Shown here: piece by piece, positions 27,272-45,926 of the stretch
How positions within the stretch are numbered: the stretch's first letter is position 1
Layout of the letters: the number at the start of each line of letters is the position of its first letter
NCBI GenBank assembly: GCA_044892525.1
Contig: CM097885.1
Coordinates: forward strand, 35,032,001 to 35,096,000
Source of the DNA: Schmidtea polychroa
Lineage: Eukaryota
Direction: 5' to 3'
Length of the DNA stretch: 64,000 nt
Notes under the pieces: model-generated
Told to the model about the DNA's origin: nothing
The model's database searches: none
What the model saw: the letters and a program-made list of their open reading frames with translations, nothing else
Made by a program: the position numbers and the translations under genes

Positions 27272-28254
27272 TCAATGACAACAGATCAAATTCATGATTT
27301 CATTGATTTTTTCTTTAGTGTTGATCTTTGGCTATCTGTTCATGATGAGAATTGCTTCTTTGATTCTGACATTTTTCTTTTGAATGTTTCCATTAGCTAT
27401 GATTTCGATTGAAATATTTTTTCTTTCCTCTGTTGGCTGACACTGCCGGAGATGTCTGCTCAACGAGGATGTTCCACCAGGATCTATGTGTTCTTTAACT
27501 CTTTGGTGCAAGGTCCTGAGTGTACTTCCAATGTAGATTTCATTGCATACATTGCACGTGATGCAATAGACGATGTTTTTTCTAAAGCACATATCTTTCG
27601 GTGTCTGACAGTTTTTCATTGTGCAATTGTTTTCTCTATTTATCTTGCCTGCCAGAGCCCTTCTCAGTGTCCAAGATTTATGTGCTATATTAATTGGAAG
27701 GCCGGTACGTTTAAGTTCTTTCAGGATCTTGAAGTCGAGTGTGTCACTGATGAATGGGATATTCAGATAGAAATATTTCTGATTCTTTTGTGTTAATTCC
27801 TTAGATCTTTTTGGGGTAGAATTCATTCTTTCAATGTCCTCACCTTGGTATCCGTTTTTATGTAGGATTTTATTGAAATTTGATTGTTCGTTAAAGTTTT
27901 CGTTTTTTCCCTGTATCGATTTACTATTCTTCGTTTCTCGTTTCTTATGACATGTACTTTCTGTAAGCATGGAAGCGCTGATCTTTGGTGCATAAATATT
28001 TCTTTGCGAGTTGGTTTTCTGTAGAACCCGTATGTTGGAGTATTTCCTTCTATTTTAATTCTCAAATCAAATAAATTGAGGGATCCATATTCTTCCGGAT
28101 ATTCGATTTCGAACTTAATATCTCGGTGAGCCGCATTGAATGTATGAAATATTTCCTCCGCTTCTTTTTTGCTTTTGGTCGTGATGGAGATATCATCTAC
28201 ATATCTTGCATAGAAACCGATGGGTTTTATGGTCCTCAGTGTCTGTCGTTCGAG

Positions 28255-28255
<1 letters not shown>
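27272..28255 (-). mobile_element. 5'-truncated Penelope-like retroelement (RT C-terminus + GIY-YIG), frameshifted; 3' UTR extends to ~26630
   Basis: GFYARYVDD, YRKPT, and CFRKNIVYCITCNVCNEIYIGSTLRTLHQRVKEH; abuts an (AAT)n tract at 28256-28335. Confidence 0.9.
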
Positions 28256-28338
<83 letters not shown>

Positions 28339-31153
28339 TTTATTATTAATTACACACATATATATATCATATAAAATGATTGACGTTTATTCGAAGGTTA
28401 ATGTGTAATTCTGACAAATTCATCGCTATTGGTAAATTATGAAAGGGGTCAGTGTTTTGTTCTATATAAATTTTGTTCATATTAAATGTTTTGGGATCAA
28501 GAAATAAATATTTTTTTGTAATTTTATTATTGGTTTCCACAGAGGAAAGAGGACTGTTTACTTGATCGCGAGTTATTGTTTCTGCAGTTTTTCATTTTCA
28601 TATCCGCTCCTTTTTTACCTCCTTTCAGTCAAACCAACCTAAATTATAGCAAAGCTTGTAAAACAAATAAAAGATTAATTCTAATCAAAAATTAACATCA
28701 AAATGAAAAACTTTATTAAAATTTAATTTTGTATACAAATGCTTACATTTTAATGTTTCGTTTATATTTTATCATTTAATTATAAATTTAAAATTAATTT
28801 TGAATATGTGAGAAAGTATTTTTGATGAAATATTTTGCTAACAAATAATATATTAAGTGTTTAGGTTTGCCTATAAACATGTGTCCATTTTCTCTAGGAA
28901 TAATTTTTGATGAAAAGAAATATTATAATTGACGTTTGATAAGATTAATTAAATTACTATTTTTAAAATAGTAATAATTATTTAATTATTTAATTTTCCA
29001 AAATTTGGAATTAATCGATCATTATTTTATGATTACTTGAAAATATTATTTTCTCATTATTATATATTAAACGTCAAAATAATTCAAAATGCAATCAAAG
29101 TACAATTTTAGAAAGGTCTTATTAAAATATTTTATCATATCCAATGAAGTTATTCTATGAAATAGCGAAATGTACTGATTTACCAATCAAAAACCTTCAC
29201 CCAAGATTTACCGAAATTAATTATTCATTAACTCTAGCAATTATTAATCGTAATAAAAATAATTTTAATTGATTGAATTAGGAATTTCGCAATTATAAAA
29301 TAATTTAATCGAATTTTCAATGGTGAAAATCGATTCCACAGAATATTTTTCGAAAATTCCATTAATAAATTTTTATCAATACCGAAAAAAAATATATGTT
29401 ATGAAATCGGAGAATAATAAAATATTCGGCTTTGAAATGCTTCTTATATCTTGTTCACATTTAACTAATTGTTTGCTTTCAAAATTTATTTTCCATTTTG
29501 ATCAAATTCTTTTGAAATACGATGCCAATAGTATGAAGAATTTTTTCTCTTTTTTCCCATATCGACAAATCACATGAAATATCTCGGTTGATTTTGTTAA
29601 AAAATTATTTCTCACAAATTTCTGTAATTAATTTCTATAATTGACTGATTTTTTTTAATCAAAATGCAGAATAGAATAAATTTTCTTTCATTTTGTTTTT
29701 AGAATTTTCATGATTTTTGTTTTTTTTAAAATAAATTCCAAAAAATTTTATTAAAAAAATATATAGATTTCTGAATGGTTCCTCTTTTACTTTTTAATAA
29801 CAAAATGTTGTCAGTGTTGTTGAAGCACTTCAATATTTAAACTGCACTTTTAACTTTAAAATTTAGCTTTAATTATTCTGTATTTGCAATTCAGTACACA
29901 CATTATTCTTTCTTCATTACCTTTATTCTGTTAATATTTTTAAACTAAATTAAACTGCAATATACTCATTTTTTGGTCACCTTCGATCTATTTTCATGTT
30001 TTGATGATATTTGATTTTTTTTCATAAAATAAATAAACTAAAATCTTTATTTAAAATAAAAATGCAATATAATATAATAGTTTTTGATATTGAGGTATAT
30101 TTTGAGAACTTATGATGACAATGGAGATTTTTTTGATAGACTCAAAGACTTTTAATATTAAAATAAAATTAAAAATTTTTGCAAATAATGTTACATTTCA
30201 TAAAAATTTTTATTTTTTATATGCTAAATAAAATTGTGATTTGTACAACATGTCACAATAAAAAGTCCTAGATGTTTTTTACTAATGTTCACTGGATATA
30301 GAAAGAAAAGTGATGAGTGAGTCTTGGCTGTTAGCAAATTTATCAAAGTTAATGACAAATAATAACAAAAAATAATATCTATCAGTGAAAAGTAGTAGTT
30401 GAAATAATTTATCAGAATTCAAGGTTTTACTTAGATTAATACAAATTAATTAATTAAATTAATTTACTTAAAATAAATATTTTTAATTTATTATAATTTT
30501 TATAATACAAACAGTTAGATCTGGATATCGAATAAATTCATTTTCCGTTATACAACAAAAAAATTTGCGCTATATTATGTTATTTAAAAGAAAAACATTT
30601 AATAATTTCCAAAAATCATTTTTTCGGTATTTTTTTGAAATAGTTTTTGATTTATTTTAATAAATATTTCCTTTATAAATTGAACACAATAAAAAAGCGA
30701 AATCCTTTAATTAGATAAATTTGCTGATATTATTCACAGAAAATACCGAAAGTTAATCGCATTGATATCTTTCGACAATTGTATAATAATCTAATTATTA
30801 ATTTGATTCATACATTTCCCGGACAGCCTAGAATTTCCCTGATCATACCTGTGACAATGATCAAATGTTAGAGAGTTTCTTTCTATAAATGGGAATTGAT
30901 AAAATTTATTATAACCAAACAGAAGACCGTTAAATATGGAAATTTTTTTTCTGATTCAATCACTGATATAAAATTGCGACAAATTTAACTGGAAAGTTAT
31001 ATGAAATAAATTTTTAGATATTAAATATTTTACATAAATAAAATGTATAATTGAATGCAAAACATAGATCTGTTGGGTTTACTAAATTTTGGTAGGAATA
31101 AATTTACAGCATAACTTCACATGTTTTTATATAAAAACAAAAAGACTCAACTA

Positions 31154-31367
31154 CCGTATTAGCCCGAATATAACGCGACCCCGAATTTAGAAAAAAATAC
31201 TCATAAAAAAATTAAAATTAAGGAAAATTCAATCAGATAAGCATTTGGTTAGGTAATTGAAAGTAATACATAGGTTATATTCATGACAATAAATTTAATT
31301 AATTTTAACAAAAATTTAATAAAAATAAGATGTTAAAAATTGTCGCGTTATATTCGGGCTAATATGG
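31154..31367. mobile_element. pogo/Tigger-type MITE
   Basis: 26-bp TIR CCGTATTAGCCCGAATATAACGCGAC (one mismatch); TA flanks. Confidence 0.9.
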
Positions 31368-32215
31368 TAATCAAATATTATTTTCATCAAACAAATTTCA
31401 ATTATTCATTTCAACTATTCTTCAATAAGTAATTTCAACAAAATAATACAATTTCATTGAGTAATTCCACGGCAGACCATTTCAAATAATATTATATTTT
31501 AACTACAATGATTAACCTATCAACAAAATGATCAGCAGTATCTATTTCTTCATCTGAACTAAATCATTTAACTTTCTATTTTTAACCTTTCAAAAATTGT
31601 ATTCACTTTTATCTTCAACAAATTTCGTTCAATTTTTTACACTATAAAAGCTACAACATTAATCATTACAATTTGTGACCACATCAATTATTTTCTCAAA
31701 CTGAATTATTAAAACAATTTTCTATTATACTACTGCTGCTACATGCCTAAGTAACGCCTGTCAAGCTCAGTGATTTTGTTTTCCTGTTGAAATTATTAAT
31801 CTCGCTAAAAATATTTTAATTAATTAATTAACTAATAATTTTTTAACGGAGATTCATCTATCGATTTAATATTACTACATTCATTTTCAATCTTCTATTC
31901 ACTATCTGTTCCTAAATTTCTCCCCGAAAAATATTGATTAATTTTTGCACTTAATTTAGCTTCCACAAATTTTGAATTTTACATTTAAATTTTATTTGCA
32001 CTAATTTATATAAATACTGTATTTATTGAAAATTATACTACTCACTATTGACATACAGTCAATACCAATTATCGCAATAAAACAACTATAATCAAAATAT
32101 ATTTAAAATATTTCACTTTTAAGTCAAAAGTACTTTAAGTTTAATGAACCGTAACATTTACTTATGATAATTTTGGATTTTTTTATAAGTTTAAGTTTAT
32201 TGTTGTTTTTTTAAG

Positions 32216-34854
32216 GCCAAGAATAACTTATGCAAACTCTACAAATCTTCATCTATGGTGCAATTAAATGATGAAACATTAATTCAAGACAAAACCTGTC
32301 AGAATGCATTAATGACGGGTTCAAGACATAGGAGATCCAGTGAGGTAAATCATTTTAATTTCCATGATATCTTTGAATTTCATTCCATCTTTCAGAGTGT
32401 GAGGAATAATTTTTCCATAAACAATTTGAAACAGTCTAATAGTAAATCAGATGACGACATCATTATTTATGAATCATGGACAAGATATTTTGTTGGGTTA
32501 GATTATTTAATATTACATAATATACTTGAACCATGTTTGACTTTTCGAATCATTTTTCATTTAATATTAATATTTAATTTAATATCTAAATACATAATTC
32601 TCTGTGTGTATGTGAATGAGTGATTATGGAATAACGCTTAATTAAAACCACATATTACATATTAAAATTACATATCTACAGTGCTCGAAGTGAGGCGGGA
32701 TAGCCGGGATATTATCCCGGCATTGATTATGTAGGCGGAATTGCATCCCGGCACTTCATTTCATATAATCTATAGGTTTATCCCGGTACTTATTTCATTT
32801 TATAGGCACACAAATACTGCAATTAAGGTCACACATAGTACATCCATATATGTATGTATATATATATATATATTCTTTATTCTCTATTCTCTATTCAATT
32901 AAGAATTTCCCAAGCAGCAGTAATGGATAGGTAGGTATATTCTCTTATTTATTTTAGTTAAACCAGCAACTTATGATTAAATGGGTGGACACCCCCCCCC
33001 CAAAATTTTGCAACACCCCCAACTGAAAATTTCTGCATAAAAGCCTGGAATCCTGGGTGCCACAGCATGCGTTTCCCGGCACATATTTTGTTCCACTTCG
33101 AGCACTGCATATCTATGTATCTATATATCAATAAAATGTGGCTGTTTTTATATTTGGTACAAATTTTTTAATATAGAAATTTGTCTACCGTGTGGATTAT
33201 TACTTTTGATTTTTATAATTGGATTTTGTTTTAAATAGATATTTAAAATCTACATTTCAATATGTAAACTGAAACTGTTAATTAATTTTTTTCGAAGTTT
33301 GAGGGCTCCGCGAAAAAATTCCAATCAGACCTCATACTTATTGGATCCGGCCCTCTTTGGATGTATTTGTTATTCTTGTAAAATAATTAATTTTGTTTAA
33401 AAAACTGAATTTTAAATCAAAAGTATTGTTTTTATTAAAACTTTGTATTTATAAAAAAGTTGACTAGGAATCAGTAAAGATATCGATGTTTTTTGATATA
33501 TTTTCTGATTCATAGTCAATTTTGTTTTCAATTCCAATTGAAAAGAAATCAGAGGTGAAAATCAAATGAAGTTCTTATAAGCTTTATTGTTTAATTTTAA
33601 TGGAGAATCACAGTTCAATATTGTTCAAAATGAAGATGACAATTTAGAAATTATTAGAAAACCAATGTATGAATATTGATAAATATGCTAAATATAGTAA
33701 CAAATGTTACTAAATTTAGAATGGTCAATGATAATCCATTCTCTTTTATTACTGATTTCGTCGTTATATAACAGGGGTGGCAAAGGCGTCGACCGCGTGA
33801 CAATTTCTAGTCGCCCGCCTATATAATATCTACATATCTCTGTCATTCCGGGAATCAGCTGCTAAGCGCACGTGCGACAGAGACGACACGCTACAAAGCC
33901 GAAGCTAGCCGATTATCGACGACAGTCTCTTTTTAAAAGCCGACACGCATACTTATCGTCGGGTATAACCATTCCGCGGGTAGTGGTGTAACAAGAGTTG
34001 ATTTTTAGGTTATAAGAGCTCGCCGGCGATCGTAGCGCAGTTTTACAAGTGACACTCCACTATAATTCGCTACATTTGGTTCTGCATGCAGTCTCATTAC
34101 TCATCAGTGGTCTGCTCGCCAGTGTATGGTTCGGTTACGACGTGTTAGTATCGAACCCAACGAAAATTATCAATAGTAATAGTAGGCGTCATTTCATGTA
34201 AGATTCAGCTTTACTAAAGATGCTTTAATTATCATGATATTTTATTGTATTGATTAAAAAATCGATTTATTTTAGTTCCATTATTTGGCTCACAATGGCC
34301 AATAATCATTCGACCACAAATTCAAAAAAGCCGTAAATATATCATTATAATGATAAATGGGAACAGGAATTTTTTTACGATGAAAAATGATAAATGTATT
34401 TGCATTATTTGTCTTTCAATCGTAGCACTTCCTAAAAGGGCCAATGTTGAAAGACATTTTAGAACAGTCTAGAACACATAATACATAATTACAGGATTTC
34501 CTTATGTATGTTGTAAGGAATTTTAATTGATTAAGTTCATTGTAAAAAGCTGTCTCAAACCCAAAAAGTCATCTAATATGTTAATTATGGATATGATTTT
34601 AGTATTTCACCAATTGTTGTTGTTATTGTATAAAAGATTAATATTGAAAACTAATGTAAACGTAAAGGGTTTTTAGGATTTTTACAAAATCACAAAATAA
34701 ATAAAATTTTTAATAACCAAACTGTAAATTATGCAGTTACAGATGACGTAGCAATTTGACAGAAAACTTAATTAATTTTTTTCTTTTCATATTGCTAATT
34801 TCTTCTAGGCATCAGTGGGTATCGTTGTTGAATATCGTTGCAACGTTTAATTAA
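32216..34854 (+). CDS. Putative small spliced gene of unknown function; exons 32216-32344, 32396-32496, 34809-34854
   Basis: 51-nt GTAAAT..TTTCAG intron; phase-2 join to GHQWVSLLNIVATFN*; AATAAA ~20 nt after the stop; no recognisable domain. Confidence 0.35.
32679..33107. mobile_element. hAT MITE
   Basis: TIR CAGTGCTCGAAGTG; perfect 8-bp TSD CATATCTA. Confidence 0.92.
33772..34470 (+). mobile_element. Left end of a hAT (Charlie/SPIN-like) element with a transposase N-terminal fragment
   Basis: CAGGGGTGGCAAA start; frameshifted YNDKWEQEFF..KNDKCICIICLSIVALPKRANVERHF (BED-like finger). Confidence 0.75.
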
Positions 34855-36102
34855 AAATATGTCGACATCAAAGAATAAAAATAATGAAATATATTGTAAA
34901 AATATTATTTGTTTGACAGGTTTTTAGGAATCTTTAATGAAACCCTTAAAAGTGTCTCGATCCCCCAATTCGAATATGGTAGAAAACTTAGCAGTAAACA
35001 TAAATAATTAATTCATTGAAAATATAATAAAATGAATTATTTATTAAGTTTTTTATTTTATTTTCTGTTTTCACAAAAAATTATTATTTCCGATTTATCT
35101 GCATTTTTTCTATCTTTGTTTATATTTTGAAATAATTTAAAGTTTTTATATTTTTACCTCTTATTAGAAAGTCAATGAATAAATATATTAAAAAAATACA
35201 AACCTGGTTTAAGTTTATGAGTTTTTGTGAAGTGACTCTTAAAAATCTTTATGAGCTAACAAAATAATTTCTAATTAACTTATTTTAGTTTAATTAAAAA
35301 ATATGTCGACAAATTTGATTTCAAAAATACTATATGACTTAAAATTAAATTTAAAAAAGTTAAAAAAATTTAAAATAATTTAAATTAAATTTCGAGGAAT
35401 TTTAAAATTGAAAATTGCAATAAATTTCTATATTGTAACAATAATATTTTCTGTCAAAAAGACTATCGGTTGAATTTGGTTGATAAGTGGTCCAATGGAT
35501 ATGAATGATGGGAACTGATTTTTAATGTATTTTAAATGTAAAACAAAATAACATTCATGTCTGTTATATTAGTATTAGTAACATAAAGTGATCTTATAAG
35601 CATGTTACATATTAAACTATTTTCACTAAATGTTGGGATCCCTCAACATGATTTATAAGGTTTTTAACCCTTCCTAAAGTGGTGGCAATATACTGTACAC
35701 CATTTTAAACTAATAAAAATATCTAAGTGTAACGCTGTCGGTAATCATTTTTACTTCTCCCTTCGCCCCTACTCCCTAAAAGCCTCTTTTGTTTTTTTTT
35801 CTATGTCTTCATTTTTTTATGATCATTTGTAACTATATAGTTATTATTAATAAACTTTGAGTTTTACATCACTTTTAGTTTCCTTTGTCTTAGAAAGGGC
35901 AAGTAAATCAAGCAAAAATTAGGAATTAGGTAACTTTATTTTCAGGAAATCATGTTAAATAGACAAAGTTTCTTGCAATAACATCATCGTCTTTAAAGAT
36001 GGAGGTTTGGTTCACTAAAATCAGCTATATAATTTTTACTTTACTACTTATAATTTTTATCCATAAACAAGACATTTACATGATTAAAGAATATGGGTTA
36101 GA

Positions 36103-36771
36103 GCTTTCCAACCGGTGTGTCGCGACACTTTAGTGTGTCGGGAGCGCTGCATAGGTGTGTCGCGTGAACATAATGAAAAGCCACAGAGTCCCTTAATTTT
36201 ATCAACTTTTTAACGATTGTTAGACTGAAATACAATAAACATATATAGTCCGACGTGTGTTAGCTGCAAGAACGCTTGTTTACCCTATTTATTAGTTAAT
36301 CGTTGGAATTCGTTATTAAAACAGAAAAAGAACCAACCAAAAGACATTTTTTTTCACATATAAACTTAATTAAATTACATTTATTCTCCGTGTTTTTAGC
36401 GTTCAACCGGAAAGAATAATATTCCACCAAATATTCAAAGGTTGTATTCTTCCCATCCAGCTCAAATATCTCATTAAAATTGTAAATATATATTGGCGTT
36501 ATTCAAATTTTTAAATTCTTAATTAATTACATATTTTTACTTATAAACGATACCATCCACATTAAATCTTGTTTTCAGTCATGAACTATCCTTTTCTGCC
36601 ATTTATTTCGATATTTATATTTAAATATGTTTCATTGTCTCTTGTATAACGGTTTATCATATGGCGTAAGTTGTATGACGTCTGGTTTTCTGGTAAAACT
36701 GATTTGCTGTGTCGCGAAATTATGGAAGTCTAAAAAGTGTGTCACAAGCATGAAAAGGTTGGAAAGCACTG
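36103..36771. mobile_element. hAT MITE with a slightly eroded left TIR
   Basis: GCTTTCCAACC / GGTTGGAAAGCACTG; GGTTAGA repeated on both flanks; GTGTGTCGCG subterminal repeats. Confidence 0.75.
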
Positions 36772-37095
36772 GGTTAGATGAATATTAATACAAAAAATTA
36801 AATATCACTAAATCAGACAACAGATCAATATTTTGATTTATTTAACGTGAATTCACGTCACAGCTTTTTACAGGTAATGAAATGAATAAAAAGAAACTGA
36901 TAAAATTAAATTTCTAAAACTTTACGAAAGATATCAGTATTTTGGTTGGCGAATAATATTTAATATATTATTTATTTCGTTTCCCATCATTGCTATGGAG
37001 ATTATTTGTTATTGTTTGCCTAGCTCTACGTGTCTACATTAATTGCAATTTAAAAAAATGGATCAATTAATGATTTTAATAATGTCAACATTTTA

Positions 37096-37241
<146 letters not shown>

Positions 37242-38617
37242 TTTTTATTATTATGGTTGATTTTTGTTTAAATGTTTCAGATTCCCTGTCAATTCCCCAA
37301 CATAAAATGTAAAATTGACTTTCTAACTATTTTTGTTAATATTTTATTTTAGTTATATATTTTTGTTTTACCCACTGCATATAAACGATTTGTACCATGA
37401 AAACAATTCGATTTTTACTAATTAATCTATATTGTTTAACGTTATTTTACGATTAAAATTATTAATATTTTTTTTGTTGCACTCGATATTTGAATTAAAT
37501 ATTATTCTAATGAGATATTAATTGTATTTCATTTATTCTGTTTAAATCTACTTTTAAATAATACTTTTAGTTGTTTTTAAATGACTGCTATCAGTTTCTT
37601 GTCATGATTTATTGACTCTGTTGTCATTTTTGTGATGGAAATGTGAATAAAGATTTTCCTATGTGTTAATTTGTTATTATTTGTGACTTTTTAATAAAAT
37701 ATTTTAATTTTAATAATAATTATGATATGAAGATTTTAATATTGTTGTTTTTGGTAATCGGGATGTCTTTGATATAAGTAGAACCAAAAATATAAAGTAT
37801 ACCGTAATGATTTTTTATAGTTAAAATATGCAATGTGGTACAGACTGAACGTATTTGGTGAGCTCATCCGTCATAGAGCGTTGGTGATGAATATGTATAT
37901 AAATACTTACGAATAAGTACACTAATTTTACTAGGTCTTTTAACAGCTCAAAAGATCCATAGCAATAAAACAAATTTTAATTAATAAATCAACTATATTC
38001 ATGGTCAGTATGAATATAGTTGAATATAGTCAGAATCTCCTAAACAAATAGACTGGTTATGTAAAGGTGTATCAAAAGGTTGTCCAAAAATCCACTAAGT
38101 TTTATCAATTAGTATGACGGAATCATTAGACATAAACTGCAGTAGACTACCGTCTCAGTTAAAATGTTATGACGTTGGTTTGAATAATTAATTATTAGCC
38201 CAAAGGAACAAAGCCAATAATAAATTTGCAAAAGTGTAAAAAATAAAAAATATAGTTTATATTTAAAATAATTCATTAAAGTAAAAATTTAAAAATGTAA
38301 TTATTTTAATAATTAATTTTAAAAAATCTTGAAATAAATATATTTTTCGTGGAAACTGCTGTGGACGGCTACCAAACGATAAGAATAATCTAAATATAAT
38401 AAAAAAAAATAATGAATGGGAGGAGGGGAGGTTCCAAGAAGTAAATATTTAAAGAAAATTAAAAATAAATATCTAATGGAAAACCCGAGCAGTATATAAG
38501 AAAGCCGGGTTGTCAACAAAATTATTTATTTAAAAATAGGCAATATGGAGTATAAAGGAAAACCCAAGATAAAAGGTAACGCGAATTTAATTTGAAAACT
38601 GATAAAATTACCTAGAA

Positions 38618-38960
38618 TAATATTTCCTTCTAAATACTTCTAAATTCTTAATTTTATACCGTTTAAACCTAATTTTATACCGTTCAAATTTTCAAACATT
38701 CCTCTAATGAATATTTGATTGATTTATTTAATTATGATAAATGCATTTTGAAGTTATCTAGTTATTTAATGTATTTAGAAAATAAGTTTTGTGAAAGCCC
38801 CAAGATCTAGAAATTGACAATAAATTAGTTAGTGAAGAAAACCCGGTGAGATTAATTAAAATTGATAGCCTTATCAATGAACCAATTTAAATGAAAAGCG
38901 AATTCAATTACGAGAACGGTATAAAATTAAGAATTTAGAAGTATTTTGAAGGAAATATTA
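38618..38960. repeat. AT-rich inverted-repeat (MITE-like) element
   Basis: 38618-38663 is the near-perfect reverse complement of 38915-38960. Confidence 0.65.
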
Positions 38961-39291
38961 ATTATAGTGCCAGGAAATATTAAATCGATTCTAAGTGTAC
39001 CAAATTTCCCTTTGGAAGACCTATCCCAGCGCGAAATAATAAAAGTGCTGTTGAAAATGATGCAAATTAAAAGCGTTATTGAGAATTGTAATGATTTAAA
39101 TTTTTATTGAAAAGTGTGCAGATTGAAGATGTTTTTTTTTAAATTGTGTGAATATAAAATGTTATAAACAATTGTGTTGGGTTGTTTGATTTATCGAAAT
39201 AAGGACTTCGAGAAGTCAGAAACTAGTACCGACTTTTAAAAAATACCCATCAACTAATAATAATAATAAGTAGATAGAAGGGGGCCATCTA

Positions 39292-42833
<3,542 letters not shown>

Positions 42834-43806
42834 CATCTTCTGAAACATTTTTAAAAATATTTAAATTGTGTTAATAGTTATTGGAAACTATATTTTATAA
42901 ATATTTTAATATATTATTTATTAAAAGAGCTAATTATAGAAGCTTTAAAAAATTAAAAATTTTTTTTAGTGTTTCGTTTTGAATTTTAGAGGATATTTAA
43001 TTAATAAAAATTTTTATATTTTAAATTCTTCAGAAAAAAAGTTTACTATTATTTTTAACCAGTGAGAAGTAAGAAAAAGGAAATAAAAGAGAAGATCACA
43101 GAGCATTTTGAAAATTGAAGAAGCTAAATTCCAGGAAATTGGAAAGGGCTATTTTATAGTCGAGAATTCTTTCATTTGTATTAAATATATTATTCACAGC
43201 AAAAGGCTTAAATTATCATTTAATTGTTTAAAATAATAACTATTATATTATATTTATTATGTAAATTATGATTTTAAATAGAAATTATTTGCGAAAAATT
43301 AAATTTTCTTCAAGCAAAACTATTTTAAAGAATTGACTATTTTTGATAAAGACAAATGTTAATTAAGATCCCGAAGTGAGATTTTTTTCTGAATACATTA
43401 AAACTCTGCTCATTGGGAAAACATTTAAAGTATTTAAATTCCAATTCTTTTCTGAAATTCTGTCAAATGAAATCGTTGATTGCACTTTAATAAAATTTCT
43501 AAATTTTCAGGCGATAAAAATTTAATTTTTCTTCCTTCGAATTCTCGTTCCAATAAACTGTCAATCAATGTAAAATTTCGGAAAACGATTTTCAAACAAT
43601 TAGAGAATTACATGCGACGGAAGTCATTTAAAAGTAATTAAAACAAATTAATTACTGGACACTTTTTAATGACACTCAATAATTATTTAATACAAACCGA
43701 TTTGTGAAAAATTGTTATTAGTTATTTATTATTAATATAATTTATCTTTGTATTTTTTTTATAACAATTTTATCACCATTTAAAATTTTTAAACGAAGCT
43801 TTATTA

Positions 43807-44037
43807 CAGTGGCGTACAGAGGGGGGGGGGGTTACTGGGGGTTTAAACCCCCCCCCCCCCCCCCATGATTCCAAAAACAATATAAAAAACTATAATTAAT
43901 AAATATATAAACTTAAAACAATTTAAGAAATATTCCGAATGCCGATATATATATATATATATATATATAACCCCCTCTATATATAAAAATAATATATATA
44001 ACCCCCCCCCCATGGATTCATCCTGCGTACGCGCCTG
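43807..44037. mobile_element. hAT MITE
   Basis: CAGTGGCGTAC..GTACGCGCCTG; perfect 8-bp TSD CTTTATTA. Confidence 0.88.
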
Positions 44038-45564
44038 CTTTATTATATAAATGTTAAGGTGTAGAAGTTGAGATGAAGCTTAATTAAATAAAAGAATTTA
44101 ATAAACTTGGATTATTAATTACACAAAAATTGTTAAGATCAATTAATATAATAATCTTATTAAAACAATAAACAAAATTTATATTAAATTAAAGATTTAA
44201 TATTTATTCAGTTGATAATTCAGTAGTTATATATTTTGAATCCCAATCTGTGGTACCCGATAAGTGATAAATTATTATTAATAATGAAAACAATATTTTG
44301 TGTAATATTTCTTTACAAGTTGATCACATTCATTTTTGGCGTAAAAATTGCATTTTTAATTGTAAATTACCAGTTAATAATTTAGGAAAATTTTATTGTG
44401 GTAGGCCTAATGGTTTTTTAGCTAGACAAAACTTTTAATAGAGACAAGTAACGAAAAATAGTCAATACTTAAATATCTATGAAACATTTTTACGACTCGG
44501 GTTTCAAAATATATTTACCTTACTAATACGCCCTCTAGTAGACAGTTGATAAGCAGAATTTGCAATAATTCTCCTAGAAAATAAAGACTGGAACCTCTGA
44601 TATTTGTGAGTCAAAATTCTTATGGGTCCTCTACTACCGACCTTACTTCCTAAATCTTATTGTAATTTATGAGACATTTTAATTTGTAATCTGTAACATT
44701 GCAATTTAGTACAATAAATGCAATTAAATCAAAAAAATGAAATAACCTGCGATCATTTGATAAGAATGAAAATGTTAATTAATGTTTAATAAAAACTGAT
44801 TTAAACATCACGTAAAAATACTAAACAAAAATTTAAACAAAAATCTGAAAAAATACAACAAAATACAACAAAATAAATGATAATGTTAAAAAATTTGATG
44901 TTGATTTTATTCGAAATTAAGTTTATAATTTCTTTAATATTTGCAGTGTTTTTGATATTTGAGAAAAAATAGCACTAGTTATGTTTTATCACACAACGGA
45001 AAAAGTAAATTAAAGGGAAGACTGGTTGAAGATTTATTATAAGTTTTGAAAATATAATTAAATTTTAAAAAATAATTAATAATTAATATTAAAAATTAAA
45101 AAAAACAGAATACCTCTGATTATTTCATATTCTATAAAATAGTTTTTGATAAAATGTATTTTCTTTAATACCAATAAAAACAAATTTTATCATACAATCT
45201 GCCATTTTTCTTTTGAAATTCAATTCATTCTGTAGGCTTTCAGTTTTTAGGGAGCCTTTGAATTTTTAGCTTTTAGATTATTGAGTCCACGCTAGGAATA
45301 ATGTTTGGATCCACTGATCCATTCCAGTATTTATTTAAGTCCAACACTTTAATACTTTAAAGCATTTGCTCCAGTTCTCCAAACAAAGTAGTTGGGTACT
45401 CTTCTTGAATCCGCAACACTTTGAACACTTTCTAATGATTTGTATTAAACAAATTATATATCCTGTTCACCATAACCCTGATATTTGATGACCGATGCGT
45501 GAGTGTTTGTGTGCTTTGAAGTGGAATAAGTTTACATGTGATCTATATCAATAATATTGCTTAA

Positions 45565-45811
45565 CCTCTTAAGTGGTTTATTTCGTCAAACAAAATGCGC
45601 TCCTCAACGGCGAGTTTTGTTATCCGCTAGCGCATATGTCTTGGGTTAGGGGTTAAGGTTTTACAAAAAAATTAAATAATATCTTATTGGATGATATTTA
45701 TTAAGATAATATGTTAACAAAAGTAATATTTATGATATATTTTTATTCGTCTTATGCGTTTTGTAATGCATATGTTGATGACGTATATATCCGTCATAGG
45801 CACTTAAGAGG
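45565..45811. mobile_element. piggyBac-type MITE
   Basis: TTAA flanks; TIR CCTCTTAAGTG. Confidence 0.85.
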
Positions 45812-45926
45812 TTAAACTAATAATAATAAACTAATAACCTATTAAACTAATAATTTCTCCATTTTCTAGATTAAGCAATTGACAATACTATAAATTATAT
45901 TTCAATTGCATTTTCCGGCTTGGAAT

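Noticed and set aside
28525..28640. Homeobox-like terminal exon on the minus strand (VGLTERR / WF..RR)
   Set aside because: Every frame from the candidate acceptor hits an early stop, and no partner exon was found
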